Shown in pieces: positions 16,473-26,025 of a stretch of 64,000 nucleotides of DNA; the stretch's first letter is position 1; each line of letters starts with the position of its first letter. The notes beneath the pieces are model-generated. The model made no database searches, was not told where the DNA came from, and saw only the letters and a program-made list of their open reading frames with translations. This DNA comes from Candidatus Omnitrophota bacterium (GTDB taxonomy: Bacteria > Omnitrophota > Gorgyraeia > Gygaellales > Profunditerraquicolaceae): the NCBI GenBank assembly GCA_016867115.1, contig VGKG01000002.1, positions 70,449-134,448 on the forward strand, given 5' to 3'. A program made the position numbers and the translations under genes.

Positions 16473-16822
16473 ATTATACCGGAGCGGAAAAACGCAAACA
16501 TCCTCGTGTGCCGGGGCGTTTTATCGTCTCATACCGCGTTCTTGAAGAGAACGAAAAGACCGATATCTCCCAGACGAAGAATGTCAGCCTGGGGGGAATG
16601 CTCCTGACTACTAACCGCCGGTTCGAAGCGGGAACCAACCTTGCCCTGCAGATAAGGCTCCCCTTTGACCCGAATCCCCTGATGCTAATCGGAAAAGTGG
16701 TCGAATCAAAAGAGATCACCAAGAACCTTATTTACGATACCCGGATCGCGTTCCTGGCGGTTGACGAGAAGCACAGGAAGGTTATTTCTGCAACGGTAGA
16801 TTTTTACATGAAACGAGGCTAA
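16469..16822 (+). CDS. PilZ domain protein.
   Basis: RxxxR (RKHPRV) and NxSxGG (NVSLGGM) motifs. ATGA overlap with the preceding PilZ gene. Confidence 0.55.
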   Translation: MNYTGAEKRKHPRVPGRFIVSYRVLEENEKTDISQTKNVSLGGMLLTTNRRFEAGTNLALQIRLPFDPNPLMLIGKVVESKEITKNLIYDTRIAFLAVDEKHRKVISATVDFYMKRG

Positions 16823-16825
16823 CTT

Positions 16826-18121
16826 ATGAAAGGCATAAACTTAGGGCTCATCGGATTCGGTAATGTCGGCTCCGGCGTGGTAAGGATTCTGCGCGACAGA
16901 AGGGTTTTTCTTGCCGAGAAGTCCGGTCTGCAGATTAACATAAAGAAGATCTGCGACAAGGATTTCTCCGTTAAAAGAGGCGTCAACGTTGACAAGTCGC
17001 TCCTGGCGCGTTCTGCGCAGGAGGTCATCGATGACCCGCAGATAGACATCGTCGTGGAACTGATCGGCGGGGTTCATCCGGCAAAAGATTATATCAGCGC
17101 ATCGCTCAAAAAAGGCAAGGATATCGTTACGGCAAATAAAGCGCTGCTTGCCCAGGAGGGCAGGAGCCTTTTTGCCGAGGCTGCCCTGCGGGGAAAGAAT
17201 ATTTATTTCGAGGCTTCGGTAGGCGCAGGTATACCGATAATCAAGGCTTTGCGCGAAGGCCTGATCGCCAACCGCTTCAACAGCATCTTCGGCATTTTAA
17301 ACGGCACATCAAATTACATCCTTTCCTCGATGTCTTCGAACAACTGCGATTTCCAGTCCGCGCTGAAGGAGGCGCAGAAAAAGGGATTTGCGGAGAAGGA
17401 TCCGACGCTGGATATAGAGGGGATTGATTCGGCGCACAAGCTCATCCTTCTGACCTACCTCTGTTTCGGCAAGTTCGTAAAGATGGAGGATATCTTCATC
17501 GAGGGGATCTCCCAGATTTCCCTTTCGGATGTAATCTATGCAAAGGAGCTGGGGCTTGAGATAAAGTTGCTGGCGATCGCCAAAAAAGAAGGCAAGGAGC
17601 TTGAGGTAAGGGTGCATCCTACGCTCATCCCCGAGGATAATCTTTTAGCATCGGTGAACGGCGTCTTTAACGCGATCCACGTGACAAGCGACCTGGCGGG
17701 CGACCTGCTGTTTTACGGTCCCGGGGCCGGCCAGATGTCCGCTGCTTCGGCGGTAGTCTCGGATATCGTGGACCTGGCGCAGGATATCAAGGCCGGGCTT
17801 TTCAGGCCTGCCATGAGCATCATCGAAGACAAATCCGTCCAGAGGCTCAGCAGCATCGAAGAGTTCAGGAGCCGCTATTATATCCGTTTTATGGCCCTGG
17901 ATAAGCCGGGGGTGCTGGCGAAGATCTCCGGGATCCTGGCTAAATACGGTATCAGCATCGCTTCGGTCACTCAAAAAGAGAGGCATAAGGCGCATATCGT
18001 TCCGATAGTGATGATTGTTCATGAGTCTAACGAGAAGTATCTGCGCCATGCACTTATGCAGATCGACCGGCTGGATGTGATCAAGGAAAAACCGGTGGCT
18101 ATCAGGATCGAGGAGATATGA
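16826..18121 (+). CDS. hom: Homoserine dehydrogenase.
   Basis: N-terminal [16 protein letters not shown]-binding motif and a C-terminal ACT-like domain, about 430 aa. Confidence 0.9.
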   Translation: MKGINLGLIGFGNVGSGVVRILRDRRVFLAEKSGLQINIKKICDKDFSVKRGVNVDKSLLARSAQEVIDDPQIDIVVELIGGVHPAKDYISASLKKGKDIVTANKALLAQEGRSLFAEAALRGKNIYFEASVGAGIPIIKALREGLIANRFNSIFGILNGTSNYILSSMSSNNCDFQSALKEAQKKGFAEKDPTLDIEGIDSAHKLILLTYLCFGKFVKMEDIFIEGISQISLSDVIYAKELGLEIKLLAIAKKEGKELEVRVHPTLIPEDNLLASVNGVFNAIHVTSDLAGDLLFYGPGAGQMSAASAVVSDIVDLAQDIKAGLFRPAMSIIEDKSVQRLSSIEEFRSRYYIRFMALDKPGVLAKISGILAKYGISIASVTQKERHKAHIVPIVMIVHESNEKYLRHALMQIDRLDVIKEKPVAIRIEEI

Positions 18122-19221
18122 TGTATGAGGGGATAATCCATAAGTATAGAAAATACCTCCCGGTGACGGAGAAGACCCCGGTCATCAGCCTTAACGAAGG
18201 CAATACCCCCCTGATCCGCGCAGGTTATTTAAGCAGCCTGATGGGGAGAGGCTTCGAAGTCTACTTGAAATTCGAAGGCTCAAACCCCACGGGTTCCTTC
18301 AAAGACCGTGGCATGACTATGGCGATATCCAAGGCCCGCGAGGAAGGCTCGGCTGCGGTGATGTGCGCTTCGACAGGCAATACTTCCGCTTCTGCCGCAG
18401 CCTACGCCGCCTGCGCCGGGATCAAATGCATAGTGCTCATTCCAAGCGGAGCGATCGCACTCGGAAAACTGAGCCAGGCCCTGATCCACGGAGCGGTTGT
18501 CCTTGCGGTCGACGGAAACTTCGACGCTGCGCTTGAATTAGTCAGGGAGATCACCGCAAGGTATCCGATCACCCTGGTAAACTCGCTTAACCCTTACCGC
18601 ATCGAAGGCCAGAAGAGCGCGGCCTTTGAGATCTGCGATTCGCTCGGCGCATCCCCTGATTTTCAGGTGATGCCGGTGGGTAATGCGGGAAATATCACTG
18701 CTTATTGGAAAGGGTATAAAGAGTACCGGCAGGCAGGTATAATCAAGACCCTTCCCAGGATGCTCGGTTTTCAGGCAGCAGGTTCTGCCCCGATAGTGCT
18801 GGGCCGGCCGGTAAAAAATCCTAAGACCATTGCTACGGCTATCCGCATCGGAAATCCCGCCAGCTGGAAGCAGGCGGAGGCAGCACGCGAGGAATCCGGC
18901 GGCCTGATCGATATGGTTTCGGATAGGGAGATCCTGGATGCATACAAGCTGCTGGCAGCTAAAGAGGGAGTCTTTGCCGAGCCTGCTTCTGCTGCTTCGG
19001 TTGCCGGGCTGCTGAAACTTAAGAAGAGCAGGTATTTTTCCCGCCAAGCCGGATCAAATGTGGGCGGGATCCCGTCAAAGACGGGAAAAAAGCCCGCCAG
19101 AATAGTCTGTATTCTGACTGGCCATGGCCTGAAGGATCCGGATAGAGCGATTAAAAGCGTAAGAGAGCCCAAGATCGTAAAGCCGGATCTCAAGGTAATA
19201 TTGAAGGAGATCGGTTATTAA
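18118..19221 (+). CDS. thrC: Threonine synthase.
   Basis: PLP-lysine motif [19 protein letters not shown] overlap with hom. Confidence 0.9.
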   Translation: MMYEGIIHKYRKYLPVTEKTPVISLNEGNTPLIRAGYLSSLMGRGFEVYLKFEGSNPTGSFKDRGMTMAISKAREEGSAAVMCASTGNTSASAAAYAACAGIKCIVLIPSGAIALGKLSQALIHGAVVLAVDGNFDAALELVREITARYPITLVNSLNPYRIEGQKSAAFEICDSLGASPDFQVMPVGNAGNITAYWKGYKEYRQAGIIKTLPRMLGFQAAGSAPIVLGRPVKNPKTIATAIRIGNPASWKQAEAAREESGGLIDMVSDREILDAYKLLAAKEGVFAEPASAASVAGLLKLKKSRYFSRQAGSNVGGIPSKTGKKPARIVCILTGHGLKDPDRAIKSVREPKIVKPDLKVILKEIGY

Positions 19222-19270
19222 AGCCACAAAGTCAGAAAGTCACAAGGTCACAAGTCTGAAAAATAAGCGA

Positions 19271-19897
19271 ATTCTGATAACCGCAGGCCCCACCTGGGTC
19301 CCCGTAGACCACGTCCGGGTCATCAGTAATATTGCCACAGGCCAGACAGGCATCTTGTTAGCGGAAAAACTCATCCGCCTCGGCGCGAAAGTCACTCTGC
19401 TGCTTGGTCCGGTAAGCGCCTGTTGCATAAGCAAGAAGATCAGGTTGATAAGGTTCAGGTTCTTTGACGAACTTAAGAAAAGGCTGATCTGCGAAGTAAA
19501 GACCGGTAAATACGATTGCCTGATCCTCTCCGCTGCAGTCAGCGATTATCGCCTAAAAAGGCCGCTTGTTTCGAAAGTATGTTCCGATAAAAAAAATTGG
19601 CGCCTGGACCTGGTCCCGAACGAAAAGATCATCGACGGGGTGAAAAGGGCAGACCGCTCTTTGGTGCTGGCAGGTTTTAAATATGAGCCCGGCGTGGATA
19701 GAACCAGGCTGCTAAAAGAGGCAAAAAAACTTATTAAACGCACGGAAGCGGACATGATAGTCGCAAATACGGCCCGCGGCAGGCGTTACTGCGCATACCT
19801 GGTATCAAAAGATAAGGTCAGCGGGCCATGGACAGGAAAAGACATAATGGCGGAATCGCTGATCAGGCAGATCGGAGCTGCGCTTTGTCGGGATTGA
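19271..19897 (+). CDS. coaB: Phosphopantothenate--cysteine ligase domain protein (CoaB-like). The start codon is uncertain: there is no in-frame ATG/GTG/TTG upstream of the conserved N-terminal motif.
   Basis: The frame reads KRILITAGPTWVPVDHVRVISNIATGQTGILLAEKLIRLGAKVTLLLGP (CoaB ITAGPT...VR.ISN.SSG motif) beginning about 85 nt upstream of the first ATG at 19355. Later motifs AAVSDYR and DMIVAN are present. The only nearby start candidates are rare codons (ATT 19271, CTG 19274). Confidence 0.55.
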   Translation: MLITAGPTWVPVDHVRVISNIATGQTGILLAEKLIRLGAKVTLLLGPVSACCISKKIRLIRFRFFDELKKRLICEVKTGKYDCLILSAAVSDYRLKRPLVSKVCSDKKNWRLDLVPNEKIIDGVKRADRSLVLAGFKYEPGVDRTRLLKEAKKLIKRTEADMIVANTARGRRYCAYLVSKDKVSGPWTGKDIMAESLIRQIGAALCRD

Positions 19898-20217
19898 CCC
19901 TACCGGAAAAGTTAGAAACAGAGGTAAAGGCGGCAGGCGCCATGGATTCTGCGCTGGCAAGGCTTCTTCTTGTGGTCGAGAATTATCCTAACCTGAAGGC
20001 AAGCGATACATTCCTTAAGCTCATGGATGAGCTCTCCGGCACAGAGAATCGTATTGCCGTTGAAAGGATGCGCTACAACGAGGCAGTCAGGGATTACAAT
20101 GTTACCGTGCGCACCTTCCCGGGTAACGTCATTGCCGGTATGTTCGGCTTTAAACCGGCAACCGAATACTTCAAGGCAGCGGAAGCAGCTAAGACTGTCC
20201 CTCAGGTCAAGTTTTAA
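19828..20217 (+). CDS. LemA family protein, C-terminal half only (N-terminal TM and first conserved block are missing). Possibly a remnant.
   Basis: ARLLLVVENYPNLKA...GTENRIAVERMRYNEAVRDYNVTVRTFPGNVIAGMFGF matches the LemA C-terminal consensus. An in-frame stop 12 nt upstream of the ATG rules out a longer N-terminus. It overlaps the end of coaB. Confidence 0.4.
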   Translation: MDRKRHNGGIADQADRSCALSGLTLPEKLETEVKAAGAMDSALARLLLVVENYPNLKASDTFLKLMDELSGTENRIAVERMRYNEAVRDYNVTVRTFPGNVIAGMFGFKPATEYFKAAEAAKTVPQVKF

Positions 20218-20255
20218 TTACTAGTTACGAGTTACCAGTCTACTAGTTACTAAAA

Positions 20256-21461
20256 ATGAAATATATTGTTTTGGTCGGCGACGGAATGGCGGATTATCCG
20301 CTGAAAGAGCTTGGAGAGCGCACTCCGCTTGAGGCGGCAAAGACCCCGAATATGGATCATATTGCCCGTCACGGGAAATTAGGCAGGGTAAAGACTATCC
20401 CTGCGAATATGAAACCCGCTTCGGATGTGGCTAATATTTCCATCATGGGGTACGACCCGCAGAAGTTTTATACCGGCAGAGGGCCGCTTGAGGCGGCGAA
20501 CCTGGGCATAGAACTTGAGCCTGATGACGTAGCTTTTCGCTGTAATCTGGTCACCGCGGTGAATGACACCCTTGTCGATTACAGCGCCGGCCACATCAGC
20601 TCTCAAGAGGCGGCCGATATAATAAAGTGCGTCGATCAGAAGCTGGGGACGAACCGCTTCCGTTTTTACCCGGGAGTGAGCTACCGGCATCTGATGCTGG
20701 CAAAGCGCGGGGCAGAAGAGCACCTCGAGAACGCCAGGTGCGTTCCCCCCCACGATATCGCGGGGCAGAGCATCTCGAAGAACCTGCCCAGGGGAGATGG
20801 CGCAGAGACCCTGACTAAACTGATGCAGGAGAGCCGGAAGATCCTGGAGAGACATGAGGTGAACCAGGTGAGGCTCGACCTTAAAGAAAATCCGGCAAAT
20901 ATGATCTGGCTCTGGGGCCAGGGGAAGAAGCCGGCAATGCCCGCTTTTAAGGAAAAGTTCGGCCTTACCGGAAGCGTAATTTCGGCAGTAGACCTGATCA
21001 AAGGCCTGGGCAGGATACTGGGCCTGGAAGTAATCAACGTCCCCGGTGCGACCGGTTATTATGATACGGATTATCAGGGTAAGGCAAATGCCGCCTTGCG
21101 GTCGCTGCAGGAGCGTGATTTTGTCTTCCTGCATGTGGAGGCCCCGGATGAAGCAGGGCACAACGGCGACCTGCAGCAGAAGATCATCGCTATCGAAAGA
21201 TTCGATCAACTGGTGGTAGGTACGATCCTGAACGCATTTAAAAATAAGAAGAACTTCCGCATCCTCGTGCTGCCGGATCATCCCACTCCGGTTGCGGTAA
21301 AGACGCATACGTCTGAGCCCGTGCCTTTTGCCGTCTTTGGCAGAGACATCGCCGCGGAGGGATTCCTCAATTACAGCGAAAAGGAGGCCCAGAGATCCGG
21401 ATTATTCTTTGAGAAAGGCCACGAACTGATGGGTTATTTCCTTAAGTCAGAGCAGATCTAG
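20256..21461 (+). CDS. apgM: Cofactor-independent phosphoglycerate mutase family protein, archaeal ApgM type. Candidate non-orthologous homoserine kinase given the thr-cluster context.
   Basis: N-terminal MKYIVLVGDGMADYPLKELG...TPLE and TPNMD are characteristic of the ApgM family, about 400 aa. Confidence 0.75.
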   Translation: MKYIVLVGDGMADYPLKELGERTPLEAAKTPNMDHIARHGKLGRVKTIPANMKPASDVANISIMGYDPQKFYTGRGPLEAANLGIELEPDDVAFRCNLVTAVNDTLVDYSAGHISSQEAADIIKCVDQKLGTNRFRFYPGVSYRHLMLAKRGAEEHLENARCVPPHDIAGQSISKNLPRGDGAETLTKLMQESRKILERHEVNQVRLDLKENPANMIWLWGQGKKPAMPAFKEKFGLTGSVISAVDLIKGLGRILGLEVINVPGATGYYDTDYQGKANAALRSLQERDFVFLHVEAPDEAGHNGDLQQKIIAIERFDQLVVGTILNAFKNKKNFRILVLPDHPTPVAVKTHTSEPVPFAVFGRDIAAEGFLNYSEKEAQRSGLFFEKGHELMGYFLKSEQI

Positions 21462-23051
21462 ATGAGTTCTCTAATCATCGTATTTATTTCGCTCGCTTTA
21501 TTCCTCTGGGCTTATAAAGTCCTGGGCCGCCGGATCGAATCCCTGTGGCATGTAGACCCCAAAAGAGCTACTCCCGCATATACTAAGTTTGACAGCGTGG
21601 ATTTCATTCCGGCCAGGAACTGGCTTGTCCTGTTCGGGCATCATTTTTCTTCCATTGCCGGCGCAGGCCCCATTATCGGGCCGGTGATCGCGGTGATGCT
21701 CTGGGGGTGGCTTCCGGCAGCCATTTGGGCTGTATTAGGCACGATCTTTATCGGCGGCATACATGATTTCGGCTCTTTGATCACTTCGGTGAGGGAAAGG
21801 GGTTCTTCCATAGCCGACACTGCCCAGCATGTGATCAGCCGCAGGGCAAAGATCCTTTTGTCGCTTTTTGTGTGGCTGGCCCTGATCCTGGTGATCGCGG
21901 TCTTTGCGTATCTGTGCGCGGATACGTTCGTAAAAGAACCCAAGATAGTGATGCCGTCGCTGGGATTGATCCCGGTAGCGGCGGTCGTAGGATATCTTTT
22001 GTATCATGCGCGCATGAACTCGTTCCTGGCTACGGCCTTCGGGCTTGTCTGCCTGGCCGGCCTGCTCCTGCTGGCGGACAATTTTGCGGTCAAGGCAAGT
22101 ATCAATGCCTGGATCGTAATCCTATTCGTTTATTGTTACTTCGCTTCTATCCTGCCGGTGAATATACTTTTGCAGCCGCGGGATTATCTTTGCAGTTTCC
22201 TGCTCTTTTTCGGGATGGGCGCAGGCTATATCGGGCTCACCCTAAGCAACCCGAAGATCAGCATGCCGCCGTTTTTAAGTTATAATGCAAAGGACGGGCC
22301 GCTCTGGCCGATGCTCTTTGTGACTGTTGCCTGCGGCGCGGTTTCCGGGTTTCATGCCCTGATCGCAAGCGGCACGACCTCTAAGCAGTTGGCAAATGAG
22401 CGGTACGCCAAACGTATCGGTTTCGGCGGCATGATCGCGGAGAGCATGGTCGCGGTACTGGCAGTGATCTCGGTAGCCATCCTTTTTAGCGCAAAGACCG
22501 GCTTTTCGGCGGCGCTGAAATCAACCAGCCCTATCGGCATATTCAGTCAGGGGTTCGGGGAGATTACCCGCAAGATCTTCGGCAATTACGGCCCTTTTAT
22601 CGCCGTGACGATCCTGAACGCTTTTATACTGACTACGCTGGATACGGCGACCCGTATTTCGCGCTACCTGTCCGAAGAATTGTTCGGCCTGAAGAACCGC
22701 TATTTTTCTACGCTGATCAGCGTGACCTTAAGCGCCTTATTGGCGTTTTCCGGAAAATGGCAGAAGATCTGGCCGGCTTTCGGTGCTTCCAATCAGCTGG
22801 TGGCAGCGCTGGCTTTGCTGGTGATCAGTTGCTGGCTGATCAGCAAGGGAAAGTCCGCAAAGCTTACGCTCTGGCCCGCCCTGTTTATGCTGGCTACCAG
22901 CATCGGCGCCCTGCTCTTCCAATTGGCGAAATACCTGCGTAGCAGGGATTATGTATTGATGGCCGTAGTGGTGATCCTTACGGCTTTATCCGCCTATATG
23001 GTTTATGAGGTATTGCCCATAATCACAACCAGGAGAAAGAATCATGAGTAG
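21462..23051 (+). CDS. cstA: Carbon starvation protein A family transporter (CstA).
   Basis: A 529-aa polytopic membrane protein with the GAGPIIGP motif typical of CstA. Confidence 0.75.
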   Translation: MSSLIIVFISLALFLWAYKVLGRRIESLWHVDPKRATPAYTKFDSVDFIPARNWLVLFGHHFSSIAGAGPIIGPVIAVMLWGWLPAAIWAVLGTIFIGGIHDFGSLITSVRERGSSIADTAQHVISRRAKILLSLFVWLALILVIAVFAYLCADTFVKEPKIVMPSLGLIPVAAVVGYLLYHARMNSFLATAFGLVCLAGLLLLADNFAVKASINAWIVILFVYCYFASILPVNILLQPRDYLCSFLLFFGMGAGYIGLTLSNPKISMPPFLSYNAKDGPLWPMLFVTVACGAVSGFHALIASGTTSKQLANERYAKRIGFGGMIAESMVAVLAVISVAILFSAKTGFSAALKSTSPIGIFSQGFGEITRKIFGNYGPFIAVTILNAFILTTLDTATRISRYLSEELFGLKNRYFSTLISVTLSALLAFSGKWQKIWPAFGASNQLVAALALLVISCWLISKGKSAKLTLWPALFMLATSIGALLFQLAKYLRSRDYVLMAVVVILTALSAYMVYEVLPIITTRRKNHE

Positions 23052-24264
23052 AAAGCTGATCATCCAGAAATACGGCGGCTCTTCTGTGGCAAATGTCGAG
23101 CGCATACAGAACGTCGCCAAAAGAGTAGCCGGCTATAAGAAGAATAGCCATAATCTGGTAGTGGTAGTCTCGGCACTCGGAGATACTACCGATGAATTAA
23201 TTGAGCTTGCGAGTAAGATCAATACCGAGCCTTCGGAGCGCGAGATGGACATGCTCTTATCAACAGGCGAGCAGATCTCAGTCGCCCTTCTGGCCATGGC
23301 CCTGCATAAACTCGGGATCGAAGCGATCTCCTTCACCGGAGCACAGGTGGGCATCGTTACCGATTCAAGCCACACCCGCGCGCGCATCATCAAGATCAAC
23401 GCCGACCGCATCCGCGATGAGTTAAAAAAGGGCAGGGTCGTCATTGTGGCGGGTTTTCAGGGCGTGACTTTGACGCAGGATATCACGACTTTGGGAAGAG
23501 GCGGGTCTGACCTTACTGCGGTCGCCCTGGCCAAAGAGCTGAAGGCGGATGAATGCGAGATCTATACTGACGTCGAAGGCATTTATACCACCGACCCGCG
23601 CATCGAACCAAAGGCAAAAAAGATCGACGCCATAACTTACGATGAAATGCTTGAGATGGCATCCTTAGGCGCGCAGGTGATGCAGGCGCGTTCGATCGAG
23701 GTGGCAAAAAAGTTCGATGTACCGATACATGTGCGTTCATCTTTTTCCCCTAATTGCGGGACAATGATCATTAAGGAGGTTAAGAGAATGGAAGACGTAG
23801 TTGTCAGCGGCGTAACCTTAAATAAGAACGAAGCAAAGATCACTATCTGTAATGTCCCTGACCGTCCGGGGATCGCGGCTAAGTTATTCAAGGGGCTCTC
23901 TTCAAGCGGCATTAATGTGGATATGATCGTGCAGAATGTCAGCCACCTGCGCTCAACCGACATCTCATTTACCGTCAGCAAGGCAGAGTTCCCCAAGGCC
24001 CTGCGTATTACCAGGAAGGCGGCAAAAGCAATCGGTGCAGGCGATGTCTTAGATGACCAGGATATTGCCCGGGTTTCCGTGGTTGGGGTCGGAATGAAGA
24101 CTCATTCCGGAGTTGCGGCAAAGATGTTCGATGCGCTGGCTAAGGATAAGATCAATATCGAGATGATCTCTACCTCCGATATCAGTATTTCCTGTATTAT
24201 CCAGAAAAAGTTCGCCGAGGCCGCAGTCAAGACATTGCACAGCAAGTTTGGCCTGGCTAAATAA
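23044..24264 (+). CDS. lysC: Aspartate kinase.
   Basis: KYGGSSVAN N-terminal kinase motif and two C-terminal ACT domains. Confidence 0.9.
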   Translation: MSRKLIIQKYGGSSVANVERIQNVAKRVAGYKKNSHNLVVVVSALGDTTDELIELASKINTEPSEREMDMLLSTGEQISVALLAMALHKLGIEAISFTGAQVGIVTDSSHTRARIIKINADRIRDELKKGRVVIVAGFQGVTLTQDITTLGRGGSDLTAVALAKELKADECEIYTDVEGIYTTDPRIEPKAKKIDAITYDEMLEMASLGAQVMQARSIEVAKKFDVPIHVRSSFSPNCGTMIIKEVKRMEDVVVSGVTLNKNEAKITICNVPDRPGIAAKLFKGLSSSGINVDMIVQNVSHLRSTDISFTVSKAEFPKALRITRKAAKAIGAGDVLDDQDIARVSVVGVGMKTHSGVAAKMFDALAKDKINIEMISTSDISISCIIQKKFAEAAVKTLHSKFGLAK

Positions 24265-24274
24265 TGAGGAAAAA

Positions 24275-25846
24275 ATGGCAAAGCAGGTGAAATTATACGA
24301 TACGACTTTACGGGACGGGGCGCAGGGTGAAGGGATCTCTTATTCGGTAATGGATAAGGTGCAGATCGCGCTTGAGCTGGACCGCCTCGGGATCCATTAT
24401 ATCGAGGGCGGATGGCCGGGCTCTAACCCTAAAGATATGGAGTTTTACCTTAAAATGAGCAAGAAGCGGCTGAAAGGCTCTAAGCTCGTCGCTTTTGGTT
24501 CAACCCGGCGCGCCGGCATAAAGGCGCAGGAAGACAAGAACCTGCGGGCCCTGGTGAAGTCACAGGCCAGGGTGGCAACTGTCTTTGGTAAGACCTGGGA
24601 TTTGCATATCCGTGATGTCCTGAAGACCACTCTGGAAGAAAACCTGGCCATGATCCGGGATTCGGTAGCTTTTCTGGTTTCTAAAGGTGCGGAGGTCTTT
24701 TACGATGCCGAGCATTTTTTCGATGCCTACTACGCAAATAAAGATTATAGCCTGAAATGCCTGCTTGCTGCCCAAGAGGCAGGAGCAAGGGCGGTAGTTT
24801 TATGCGATACCAACGGAGGCACCCTTACCTCGGAAGTAAAGCGCATTGTTGCTGAGATCAGGCCTAAGATAAATGTGTGGCTGGGCATCCATTGCCATAA
24901 TGACGCAGACCTGGCAGTGGCTAATTCGCTTGCCGCAGTCGAGGCAGGCGCGGATATGGTCCAGGGCACGATCAACGGCTATGGCGAGCGCTGCGGTAAT
25001 GCCGACCTTATTCCTATCATTGCAAACCTGCAGATAAAGATGGGCTTTAATTGCCTTGAGCAACAGAAATTAAAGGAACTTACCCGGGTGTCGCACTTTG
25101 TCAGCGAAGTAAGCAATATGAAACAGAGAAGTGACCAGCCCTACGTAGGCGCATCAGCCTTTGCACATAAAGGCGGGGTGCACATCAATGCGGTGATGAA
25201 GAATCCCAAGACCTACGAGCACATTACGCCGGACCTCGTCGGCAACAGGAGGAGGATCCTGGTCTCGGAATTAGCCGGAAAGACCGGGGTCATGATCCGG
25301 GCAAAAGAGCTGGAATTGGACCTGAGCAAAGAGGATCCCAAGACCAAGCGCATCCTTAAGCTGATTCAGGACCTTGAGCATCAGGGATATCACTTTGAAG
25401 CCGCAGAGGCCTCTTTTGAGCTCCTGATGAAAAAGGCTCTTAAGAAATACAAAAAGTTCTTTGATCTTGAGGGGTTCCGCGTTGTTGTGGAAAAGGCCTC
25501 GGATAAGAAGATTACCTCCGAAGCGATCATCAAGCTTAAAGTCAAGGGTAGCAAGGAGCATACCGCTGCTGAAGGCGACGGCCCGGTAAATGCCCTGGAC
25601 AACGCCCTGCGCAAGGCCCTGAAAGATTTTTATCCCACCCTATCCCGGATGCACCTTTCTGACTTTAAGGTGCGCGTATTAGATGAAAAGGCCGGCACTG
25701 CGGCGAAGGTGCGCGTCCTCATTCAGTCGCAGGATGAAAAAGACACCTGGAGCACCATCGGTGTTTCTGAGAATATTATCGAAGCCAGCTGGCAGGCCCT
25801 GGTGGATAGTGTCGAGTATAAGCTCTTAAAAGATGCAAAAGCGTAA
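24275..25846 (+). CDS. cimA: (R)-citramalate synthase / 2-isopropylmalate synthase family (short-form LeuA/CimA).
   Basis: KLYDTTLRDGAQGEG and HxH-containing TIM barrel (GIHCHND), with a C-terminal LeuA-dimer regulatory domain. The start is moved to ATG 24275, downstream of the AGGAAAAA RBS. Confidence 0.75.
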   Translation: MAKQVKLYDTTLRDGAQGEGISYSVMDKVQIALELDRLGIHYIEGGWPGSNPKDMEFYLKMSKKRLKGSKLVAFGSTRRAGIKAQEDKNLRALVKSQARVATVFGKTWDLHIRDVLKTTLEENLAMIRDSVAFLVSKGAEVFYDAEHFFDAYYANKDYSLKCLLAAQEAGARAVVLCDTNGGTLTSEVKRIVAEIRPKINVWLGIHCHNDADLAVANSLAAVEAGADMVQGTINGYGERCGNADLIPIIANLQIKMGFNCLEQQKLKELTRVSHFVSEVSNMKQRSDQPYVGASAFAHKGGVHINAVMKNPKTYEHITPDLVGNRRRILVSELAGKTGVMIRAKELELDLSKEDPKTKRILKLIQDLEHQGYHFEAAEASFELLMKKALKKYKKFFDLEGFRVVVEKASDKKITSEAIIKLKVKGSKEHTAAEGDGPVNALDNALRKALKDFYPTLSRMHLSDFKVRVLDEKAGTAAKVRVLIQSQDEKDTWSTIGVSENIIEASWQALVDSVEYKLLKDAKA

Positions 25847-26025
25847 GCACCGAAAGGCCTCCGGAAAGAATGGGAAGTCGTATCTTGAGGTATACATTCT
25901 GCCGGATGCAGGCCTCATAGTTACGCCTTTGACCAGCCGTACTGTGCACGTTTTTAAGAGGTTTTCCGGAAGACAGAAGAAGGCTCTTCCCGGATTTTTT
26001 TGCGGTTGATTAAAAAGGAGCCTGT

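Noticed and set aside
19828-20217. Full-length LemA gene.
   Set aside because: An in-frame stop lies 12 nt upstream of the first ATG, and the N-terminal TM and first conserved block are absent in every frame. Only the C-terminal half is encoded.
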